This document shows positions 17,908 to 25,249 of a DNA stretch of 32,000 nucleotides, one piece after another. The notes under the pieces are model-generated. The model saw only the letters and a program-made list of their open reading frames with translations. It was not told where the DNA came from and searched no databases. This DNA is from Methylotenera sp. (GTDB taxonomy: Bacteria; Pseudomonadota; Gammaproteobacteria; Burkholderiales; Methylophilaceae), in assembly GCF_030684185.1 (NCBI RefSeq), contig NZ_JAUXOY010000005.1:1-32000 (forward strand), read 5' to 3'. Positions within the stretch are counted from its first letter, which is position 1. The number at the start of each line of letters is the position of its first letter. Position numbers and translations under genes: made by a program.

Positions 17908-19587
17908 TTAATGAAATAAACCCCATGCCTTTTGCATTGTGCTCCAAACACCATAACTAATTGGTATCAACACCAAAGTCCAGGCGATTACTACTAATAT
18001 CGGGTGACTGGAAGATTGCGAAACGCTACTATTACCATTGATTTTACTTGCATTTGTCGCAATTGATTTTTCATGCGCTAATTTACGTTCCGCCTCAAGC
18101 TCTGCATCCGTCATATAGTATTTTTCAGCCACTGGTTTGACTAATGCATTTGCAATAAAACCCACCACTAACAAACCAGCCAACACCATAAAAATAGGCG
18201 CGTAAATTTGGTCAAATGGTACACCAGCTTCCAGGCGCGTATCGTGCATATAATTCACGACCACTGGCCCTAGAATACCAGCGGTAGACCATGCGGTAAG
18301 TAAGCGCCCATGAATTGCACCGACAAACTGCGTACCGAACATATCCGCCAAATAGGCTGGGATAGTGGCGAACCCGCCGCCATACATAGAGGCTATGACG
18401 CAGAAAGATGCCACAAACAAAGCCAGTGATTTAAAGCCTGCCACATAGGTTGCAGTGCAATACATGATTGCCCCTAAGATAAAGAAAATATAGTAGGTGC
18501 GTTGTCTGCCCAATTTATCGGATGAGGTTGCCCATACAAAGCGACCGAAAATATTAAACAATGAAATCAATCCAACAAAACCGGCACCTACTGCAGCAGC
18601 GGTGGCCGTCATTACTTCATCTTTTTTAATATCGGCAAACCCAACATCTGGCTGGCCAATTAACGCACCACCAAAGGTTTCTTGCAACATGGGTGAAGCC
18701 GAGCCAATAATGCCGATACCTGCAGATACATTCATGCATAGCACCAGCCACAACAACCAAAACTGCGGTGTCTTATGCGCACTTTTAAGATGCACATGTT
18801 TAGAAGAAATCATGGCGTTGTTCTGCGCGGCTGGCGGTGTCCAGTTAGCCGGTTTCCAGCCTGAAGGTGGCACACGATAGCTTAAAGAGCCCCACAACAT
18901 AAACACAAAATAGATTGCAGCGAGTGCAACAAAAGTCTGCCAAACACCTACGCTTGTTGGTGTTGCAAAATAAGACATCATTTTGGCCGCTATTGGAGAA
19001 CCTATCATAGCTCCGCCACCAAAACCCATGATTGCCATACCTGTTGCCATGCCGCGACGATCTGGAAACCATTTAATGAGTGTAGAAACAGGTGAAATGT
19101 AGCCTAAACCCAGCCCAATTCCGCCAATTACGCCGCTACCCAGCCACAGCATCCATAATTGGTGGCTATAAACGCCATAAGCTGAAATTAACAAACCGCC
19201 GCACCAGCACAACATTGAAACAAAGCCAGCTTTACGCGGCCCTTCGCGCTCTAACCAGCCACCCCAAAGTGCAGCTGAACAACCTAGCAACACAAAAAAT
19301 AGTGTATACATCCAGCCTAAATCAAACTGTGTCCAATTACAGTCTGTCGCAAATAAAGCCTTTGCTGTTCCTGCTAATTTTTCTGACAAATTGGTCGCAC
19401 CTGCGGCGCAAGCAGCAAGCGGCTTACCGTCTTCTCCCATTAAAGCATTGCCCAATGGTTTCCAAAATACGCTAAAGCCATACGCCATACCAATCGATAA
19501 ATGCACAGCCAGTGCAGCAGGTGGCACTAACCAACGGTTAAAATCATTATTTGCGATGGTGTTTTCTTTAGATAAAAAGCTTGCCAT
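17908..19587 (-). CDS. MFS transporter, oxalate/formate antiporter (OFA)-like, with an extra C-terminal helix
   Basis: Polytopic MFS-like sequence (559 aa) with a PDRRGMATG-type loop. A hydrophilic tail of about 45 aa is followed by one more hydrophobic helix (HPILVVIAWTLVLIPISYGVWSTMQKAWGLF). Confidence 0.82.
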   Translation of the reverse strand: MASFLSKENTIANNDFNRWLVPPAALAVHLSIGMAYGFSVFWKPLGNALMGEDGKPLAACAAGATNLSEKLAGTAKALFATDCNWTQFDLGWMYTLFFVLLGCSAALWGGWLEREGPRKAGFVSMLCWCGGLLISAYGVYSHQLWMLWLGSGVIGGIGLGLGYISPVSTLIKWFPDRRGMATGMAIMGFGGGAMIGSPIAAKMMSYFATPTSVGVWQTFVALAAIYFVFMLWGSLSYRVPPSGWKPANWTPPAAQNNAMISSKHVHLKSAHKTPQFWLLWLVLCMNVSAGIGIIGSASPMLQETFGGALIGQPDVGFADIKKDEVMTATAAAVGAGFVGLISLFNIFGRFVWATSSDKLGRQRTYYIFFILGAIMYCTATYVAGFKSLALFVASFCVIASMYGGGFATIPAYLADMFGTQFVGAIHGRLLTAWSTAGILGPVVVNYMHDTRLEAGVPFDQIYAPIFMVLAGLLVVGFIANALVKPVAEKYYMTDAELEAERKLAHEKSIATNASKINGNSSVSQSSSHPILVVIAWTLVLIPISYGVWSTMQKAWGLFH

Positions 19588-19702
19588 AGTGCCCTCTTAA
19601 GATTTAACGTTATTTTTTGTATTACTATAATTTTATATAGTGTAACAAAACGTAAAAAATGGCAATTTACTTATGCCTGAGTTTTATATTGGTGTTTAAT
19701 AT

Positions 19703-19736
19703 TTGTCACGAATATGTCATATTGAAGTCATAAACT
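19703..19736 (+). promoter_or_regulatory. Pho box plus -10 element of the phoB promoter
   Basis: Direct half-sites lie at an 11-bp period: TGTCAC 19704-19709, TGTCAT 19715-19720 and AGTCAT 19726-19731. The 18-bp core TTGTCACGAATATGTCAT ends 10 bp upstream of a TAAACT -10-like hexamer (19731-19736). This matches the E. coli Pho promoter layout. Confidence 0.65.
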
Positions 19737-19776
19737 AAGTCCTGTAGAAATGAAGTTGTTTATATAAGGAAAGAAC

Positions 19777-20469
19777 ATGCCGGCCAATATACTAGTTGTT
19801 GAAGATGAACCCGCAATTCAAGAATTACTTGCGCTTAACATTACACAAGCTGGGCACAATGCTATGCGCGCTTTAAGTGCAGAAATTGCACAAAAGTTAA
19901 TGCGAGAAACCACCCCTGATTTAATTTTGCTGGACTGGATGTTGCCAGGAATAAGCGGGCTTGAGTTCGCCCGCATATTAAAATCAGATGGTCTTACAAA
20001 ATCAATTCCTATCATCATGCTGACCGCACGTGGCGACGAATACGACAAAGTGCGTGGTTTGGAAGTAGGCGCAGATGACTACGTAACCAAACCTTTTAGT
20101 CCGCGTGAACTCAATGCACGCATTAAAGCCGTATTACGCCGCCGTGCACCGCAAATGACAGACGATCCAATTGAAGTCGCTGGTTTACGCTTAGATCCAA
20201 CTACACACCGAGTCACTGGTAACCAAAAGACCATCGATTTAGGTCCAACCGAATTTAGATTGCTTCATTTCTTTATGACTAATGCGGAACGTGTACATAC
20301 CCGCAGTCAACTATTAGACAAAGTTTGGGGTGATCGCGTATTCGTTGAGGACCGCACAGTTGACGTACATATTCGCCGCTTACGCAATGCACTTGCTATT
20401 TCTGGTCATGAAGATTTAATTCAAACGGTGCGTGGTGCGGGCTATAGGCTCTCAGAAAAAAATGACTAG
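19777..20469 (+). CDS. phoB: Phosphate regulon response regulator (OmpR/PhoB family)
   Basis: Receiver domain (ILVVEDEPAI ... DLILLDWMLPG ... MLTARG), a winged-helix C-terminus (VDVHIRRLR ... VRGAGYRL), an upstream Pho box and phoR downstream. Confidence 0.92.
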   Translation: MPANILVVEDEPAIQELLALNITQAGHNAMRALSAEIAQKLMRETTPDLILLDWMLPGISGLEFARILKSDGLTKSIPIIMLTARGDEYDKVRGLEVGADDYVTKPFSPRELNARIKAVLRRRAPQMTDDPIEVAGLRLDPTTHRVTGNQKTIDLGPTEFRLLHFFMTNAERVHTRSQLLDKVWGDRVFVEDRTVDVHIRRLRNALAISGHEDLIQTVRGAGYRLSEKND

Positions 20470-20517
20470 TCATTTTCTTTAAAAAATCACTTTATCTAAA
20501 ATTCAGACGCACCAAAG

Positions 20518-20557
20518 GCTTGAGCACATAATATATGTGCTCAAGCACGTTTTTCTT
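20518..20557 (+). terminator. Hairpin plus T-run between phoB and phoR (intrinsic terminator or attenuator)
   Basis: GCTTGAGCACATA-ATA-TATGTGCTCAAGC is a perfect 13-bp stem (20518-20546), followed by ACGTTTTTCTT. Confidence 0.6.
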
Positions 20558-20609
20558 GATGAAATCCTCGCTATAATTAATCACGACAATTTATTGAAAC
20601 ATTCTATCT

Positions 20610-21953
20610 GTGCTGGATATTCGTTGGAAAGCTGGTTTATTCGTCTGCGCGCTTAGCGTTATTGGCTTATTTTTATGGCTAATCACTAGCGCGACCACGG
20701 CATTAATTGTATTTTCGCTAGGCCTGCTCATTTATCTCATCAGCCATATTTACTGGCTACACAAATTAAATTCCTGGTTTCAAGCACCTGAAATTAAAGG
20801 CATTCCTGAAGGCTCGGGTATGTGGGAAGATGTATTTACTACGCTATTGCAATATGAACGTAATAACAAACTAAACCAAACCCAATTAAATTCAGCACTA
20901 GAACAATTTAGCCTAGTCACAAGGGCCATGCCTGATGGATTGGTGATACTTAGTGCCAGCAACGAAATCGAATGGTGTACGCCAAATGCAGAAAGCCAGC
21001 TTGGACTTAATTTAATCACTGATAAGAATCTACCAGTAGTTAATTTAATCCGCGACAGTAACTTTATTTCCTATTTATATAACGAAATTTATAGCGAGCC
21101 CTTTAAACTAAGGTCTTGGCGTAATCCTGACATAGTGCTTGAAATACAGCTACTTCCATTTGCAAACAAGCAAAAACTGTTGATTAGTCGAGACATGACA
21201 CAACACGAAAAAGTCGATGTGATGCGTCGTGATTTTATTGCCAACGTTTCCCATGAGCTGCGCACTCCCTTAACCGTTGTAGGTGGGTTTTTAGAAACAC
21301 TAAACGACATGGAAGGCGCCGTACCTGATAATCTGAAATCATATTTCGCCATGATGGAAGAACAAACGATTCGCATGCGTCGAATTATCGAGGATTTACT
21401 GACGCTATCAACCATAGAAAGTAACACCGAGAATCCGGAGGATAGTGAAATTGATATGCCTAGCTTGCTAAAATCCGTTCAAAATGATGCAATTGGATTA
21501 AGCCAGACGCTCCACAAAACAAAACACAATATTCATCTTGATGTCGACAGAAGACTCAACATAAGCGGCGCGTCAGATGAGCTTCGGAGCGTATTTACCA
21601 ATTTAGTCAGCAATGCCATACGCTACACACCCGCTGGTGACAAGAGTACTGGCAAAAAAGGTGAAGTGTTTATCAGTTGGGCATTACGAAATGGCGAAGC
21701 TGTGTTTTCTGTACGTGACACTGGCATCGGCATCGAACAGAAACATATCGACAGACTTACCGAGCGCTTTTATCGGGTAGACAGAAGCCGAAGCCGCGAA
21801 ACAGGCGGTACTGGCCTAGGGCTATCTATCGTTAAACACATTTTAATTCGACATCAGGCTAAATTAGAGATTACTAGCGAATTAGGCGTGGGCAGCACAT
21901 TCAGCGCTGTATTTCCTAAAGCACGAATTGTAATAAAGAAAGCAAGTGCTTAA
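20610..21953 (+). CDS. phoR: Phosphate regulon sensor histidine kinase
   Basis: Two N-terminal TM helices, a PAS-like region, H-box FIANVSHELRTPLT, N-box LVSNAIRYTP and G-boxes DTGIGI / GGTGLGLSIVKH. It has a GTG start, and its N-terminus is like E. coli PhoR. Confidence 0.9.
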   Translation: MLDIRWKAGLFVCALSVIGLFLWLITSATTALIVFSLGLLIYLISHIYWLHKLNSWFQAPEIKGIPEGSGMWEDVFTTLLQYERNNKLNQTQLNSALEQFSLVTRAMPDGLVILSASNEIEWCTPNAESQLGLNLITDKNLPVVNLIRDSNFISYLYNEIYSEPFKLRSWRNPDIVLEIQLLPFANKQKLLISRDMTQHEKVDVMRRDFIANVSHELRTPLTVVGGFLETLNDMEGAVPDNLKSYFAMMEEQTIRMRRIIEDLLTLSTIESNTENPEDSEIDMPSLLKSVQNDAIGLSQTLHKTKHNIHLDVDRRLNISGASDELRSVFTNLVSNAIRYTPAGDKSTGKKGEVFISWALRNGEAVFSVRDTGIGIEQKHIDRLTERFYRVDRSRSRETGGTGLGLSIVKHILIRHQAKLEITSELGVGSTFSAVFPKARIVIKKASA

Positions 21954-22706
21954 ATGAGTCGCATAAGTAAGAACATCACACGTTTAATCATCAGCCTAAT
22001 GTTTTTAAGCATGCTATCAGCCTGTGCAACGACTTCCAATAATACGGCAACACTACCTGGTAAAGCCATTCCTGAGCAGCAGGATCGCAGCACCATCAAC
22101 CAGCTAGGTAAGGGTGATTTTGACCGTATGGCCGATGTTGAAGTGCGAGAAAATTCTGAAAGTTTGCGCTTACTAATGCTTAAGCTTTATAAACGAAACC
22201 CGCGCGAATTACAGAAAAGCACATCTGATTCTGCAGAAAAAATGGTGAACTGGGTATTCGATGGTGAAGCGCAGCATCACTATCAATTTGAAGGAGTCAA
22301 CAATCGACATGGTGCAGATGCCATATTTTTAGCCTTTAAAGCTGACTATACTGGCGATCGTGTATTAGCTTTTATCGTCGGCCTGCAAACCATGTTGCTT
22401 AAAGCCCATGGCGGTAAAACAGATTTTTATTTGAACGACAACATAGACCCGCAACATATGTATAACTTGGCGAGAAACATAGAAATAGCTGCATGGAAGC
22501 TCTCTAATGCGCGAGATGAGACGGGAACACTCTATTTATTATCTAATGAAATCAATGATAAAGATAAAAACTTATCCTTTGAACGAGAGTTTGGAAAAAT
22601 GATAGGCCGCACCGATTTATTCGCGATTGGCTTAGCTGAAAAATCACAACGCCTTATTTCACGCGTAGTGCAAAGCCTTGCAACTGCCGTTTTCCTGCCG
22701 TTCTAG
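21954..22706 (+). CDS. Hypothetical lipoprotein (250 aa)
   Basis: Signal peptide with lipobox LSMLSAC. Its ATG immediately follows the phoR stop codon (21951-21953). No family recognised. Confidence 0.7.
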   Translation: MSRISKNITRLIISLMFLSMLSACATTSNNTATLPGKAIPEQQDRSTINQLGKGDFDRMADVEVRENSESLRLLMLKLYKRNPRELQKSTSDSAEKMVNWVFDGEAQHHYQFEGVNNRHGADAIFLAFKADYTGDRVLAFIVGLQTMLLKAHGGKTDFYLNDNIDPQHMYNLARNIEIAAWKLSNARDETGTLYLLSNEINDKDKNLSFEREFGKMIGRTDLFAIGLAEKSQRLISRVVQSLATAVFLPF

Positions 22707-22782
22707 AACTGCGCCACTACCCAAGCTCCGGCCATATAAAAAAGGATCCTAAGCTCCTTTTATAAAACTAACAATAAATATA

Positions 22783-23064
22783 TCATTTAGCGGCGGCATC
22801 CTTAGCTGCCTGCACTGCGTCTGCAGCATTATTTTTAGCCTCGTCAATAGCCTCACTTGTTGCTGTTGCTGCATCCTTAGCCGCAGCCTCTGTAGCAGCG
22901 GCTGCGGCTTTTGCTGCATCAATGGTAGTCTCTTTCATTTCCGTTACCGCTTCTTTTGCCTTTTCAGCAGATTCTTTCGCTGCATCTTCTGCCTTTTTAC
23001 TGCAAGCTGCAAACGAAACAGTAACCACTAAACTGAGTAACAAAGCCTTAAGTAATTTATTCAT
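22783..23064 (-). CDS. Small Ala/Lys/Glu-rich lipoprotein (93 aa)
   Basis: MNKLLKALLLSLVVTVSFAAC gives a signal peptide plus lipobox. The rest is low-complexity helical repeat (AEDAAKESAEKAKEAV ... AAKDAAAK). I prefer the ATG at 23064 to the longer ORF-track start. Confidence 0.7.
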   Translation of the reverse strand: MNKLLKALLLSLVVTVSFAACSKKAEDAAKESAEKAKEAVTEMKETTIDAAKAAAAATEAAAKDAATATSEAIDEAKNNAADAVQAAKDAAAK

Positions 23065-23214
23065 TTTATATCCTTTAATAAAGTTAAAAACATCACGCAT
23101 CAAAACCACCATCTACGTCATGCGCTATGCTCAAATATTCAACTTATCTTATCACAGCTAAAAATAGGCAATGAAAACAATTGTTAACGCCATTTAACTG
23201 GCACACCCTTACAG

Positions 23215-23907
23215 CTACATTCGCTTTTTATTGTTGAGCGATCCTAGAATAATGAGAAGAATCGCACCAATTTCTAGCATTACGTTGACTCTAAACCCTA
23301 AAATATGATGATTTATAAATAAGTCTAAATGATGAAAAGAGGCCGCTCGCATCAAAATAAAGGTGCAAAGCAACACAATACCTACCCAGGTTAATTTATG
23401 TTGTCGCCAAGAATTAGCCAGAAATATCCGCAATACGACTAAAGTAAACATCATGCCCAAACCTAATATGGCGATAAATGCTGCCTGAAGTGACCTTCTA
23501 TGCTCATACCAGCCATGTGCCAGCGCCGAATCCTTGATGGTTTGTGTTAACCAGCTTTGTAAATCTAACTGTTTATTAATACAAAGTAAAAATAGAAATA
23601 CTGCCAAATACAGCCAAAAATGGTAATTTTCTCCATGATTTTTTAATGAAATCGCTTTAAACCCGCACTGCACAACTGCTATCAAATAGAAAAGCACCGT
23701 TATCCAACCAAAAAGGGTCGGGTCGCCAATACCAGCATGCCAGCGACCATCTACCGTAGAGGCTAAAATTAAATTACTCTGAAATAGAAAGTTAGCTGAC
23801 AAAGTGAGTTGCGTAGCGCTACGCCAAATATTTAGACGATTATCACGACTAGTTATAAATGTCTGCTTGCTCATTCGACGCATTTTAGCGTAAATAAGGC
23901 TCTTCAC
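23215..23907 (-). CDS. Hypothetical integral membrane protein (about 6 TM segments)
   Basis: Several hydrophobic segments (WITVLFYLIAVV, FWLYLAVFLFLL, AFIAILGLGMMFTLVVL, VGIVLLCTFIL, MLEIGAILLIILG). The start is uncertain among ATG 23907, 23883 and 23874. Confidence 0.6.
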   Translation of the reverse strand: MKSLIYAKMRRMSKQTFITSRDNRLNIWRSATQLTLSANFLFQSNLILASTVDGRWHAGIGDPTLFGWITVLFYLIAVVQCGFKAISLKNHGENYHFWLYLAVFLFLLCINKQLDLQSWLTQTIKDSALAHGWYEHRRSLQAAFIAILGLGMMFTLVVLRIFLANSWRQHKLTWVGIVLLCTFILMRAASFHHLDLFINHHILGFRVNVMLEIGAILLIILGSLNNKKRM

Positions 23908-23987
23908 AGTAATGTCGGCATGAAATTAAATGAGTACCTTCAATACAACTACAGCAATATAGCCAAATCAATACAACAAAAGGAAAT

Positions 23988-24043
23988 GCTCTGCTGATTG
24001 TTAATCTTCACAACTTTCAATAAAGGTCAACAATCAGCAGAGC
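23988..24043 (-). terminator. Long perfect inverted repeat downstream of the OmpA-family gene
   Basis: GCTCTGCTGATTGTT (23988-24002) is the exact reverse complement of AACAATCAGCAGAGC (24029-24043), with a 26-nt loop. T-rich tracts follow on both strands. Confidence 0.4.
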
Positions 24044-24071
24044 ATTACTTTTTTAAACATGAGGCATTAAG

Positions 24072-24105
24072 CTAATAGTCGTTATTCTATGATAGCGACT
24101 ATTAG
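24072..24105 (-). terminator. Hairpin immediately after the OmpA-family gene stop
   Basis: CTAATAGTCG (24072-24081) pairs with CGACTATTAG (24096-24105) as a 10-bp perfect stem with a 14-nt loop. It starts 11 nt past the stop codon. Confidence 0.4.
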
Positions 24106-24115
24106 TTATTACATC

Positions 24116-24781
24116 CTAGTTACCCTGTGACGCTTGTGCAGGCTCAGCTACATAAATCTCAACACGACGATTTTTTGCCTTGTTTGCTGCAGTGTCATTA
24201 GCCGCTATAGGCTCACGTGAGCCGCGTCCATCAATAGTAAAACGATTCAAGGCTACACCTCTAGTCGTTAGATAATCACGGACACTTGCAGCACGATTCA
24301 ACGACAGTGGGTTGTTAATTGCATCAGTACCCGTGCTATCGGTGTGACCAATAATCGTTACGTTGCTGCTTGGGTTGCTCACCAAGCCGTTAGCAAAGGT
24401 ATTTAATATTGCTCTAAAGTTTGGATTGATATCTGCGCGACCCACAGCAAATGAAATGTCACTTGGAATATCCAATTTCAGGCGATTATCAGCCGTCTGT
24501 GTCACCGCAACGCCTGTACCTGCTGTTGCTTCTTCCATCTGCTTTTTCTGCTCTTCCTGGCGTTTAGACCAAACATTACCAGCCACTGCACCCGCCGCAC
24601 CACCAACGGCCGCACCAATTGCCGCGCCCTTGCCCTTACCAGCAATTGCACCTACAACAGCACCCGCACCAGCACCGATTGCCGCACCTTTTGCAGTACC
24701 TTTTTGCGTTTCTGTCATGTTGGCACAACCACCCAATGAAAATGCAACCAGAATAGAACTTACAATAATTTTATTACGCAT
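24116..24781 (-). CDS. OmpA-family lipoprotein with an N-terminal glycine-zipper region
   Basis: Lipobox FSLGGC, glycine zipper GAAIGAGAGAVVGAIAGKGKGAAIGAAVGGAAGAVAG, and a C-terminal OmpA/MotB peptidoglycan-binding domain (IIGHTDSTGT ... NNPLSLNRAASVRDYL ... NRRVEIYV). Confidence 0.88.
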   Translation of the reverse strand: MRNKIIVSSILVAFSLGGCANMTETQKGTAKGAAIGAGAGAVVGAIAGKGKGAAIGAAVGGAAGAVAGNVWSKRQEEQKKQMEEATAGTGVAVTQTADNRLKLDIPSDISFAVGRADINPNFRAILNTFANGLVSNPSSNVTIIGHTDSTGTDAINNPLSLNRAASVRDYLTTRGVALNRFTIDGRGSREPIAANDTAANKAKNRRVEIYVAEPAQASQGN

Positions 24782-25249
24782 ATTGACTCCCTAACTTTAT
24801 GAAATTACTGACTATAAAAATATCGCTGAAAATTTAATTGAAAATTCACTAATTGAATCCATTATGAACCAGCAACACAAATATATATGTGGGTTAACGC
24901 ACATTAGCTGATTTAGTTTACCAACTTTAATTAATTAAAGATGTAAATTAAAAGTAAGAAATAGTAGATATGTAAGCTTGATGGTATGAACAAGTATCGC
25001 CCATAGTTGACAGCCTCTGAATGACGGAGATTTTCGCTAATTTAGGCAATTAATTACATTAAAAATCTAACAATACTGTTAAAACAGCTGCCGACGATGA
25101 AATTGCCAGAATCAGTTGCCACCTCTGTCTAATCATGCAAAAGTACTAGATTTTAATTGCCAACAACTCCTTGGTAATCAACGTCAAAAAACGAATTTCA
25201 TATTGCTATATGGGTAGTTTCGTTTGTCATAGATTTGCGATTCAATAAC

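Noticed and set aside
22740-22761. Possible bidirectional terminator AAAAGGA-TCCTAAGC-TCCTTTT between the convergent lipoprotein genes
   Set aside because: The 7-bp stem has only two G:C pairs, which is too weak to report as a feature.
25190-25249. Weak hairpin AAACGAA ... TTCGTTT followed by a T-run after the oxidoreductase stop (minus strand)
   Set aside because: The stem is 7 bp with a loop of about 23 nt. This is marginal for an intrinsic terminator, so I mention it only under the intergenic-gap finding.
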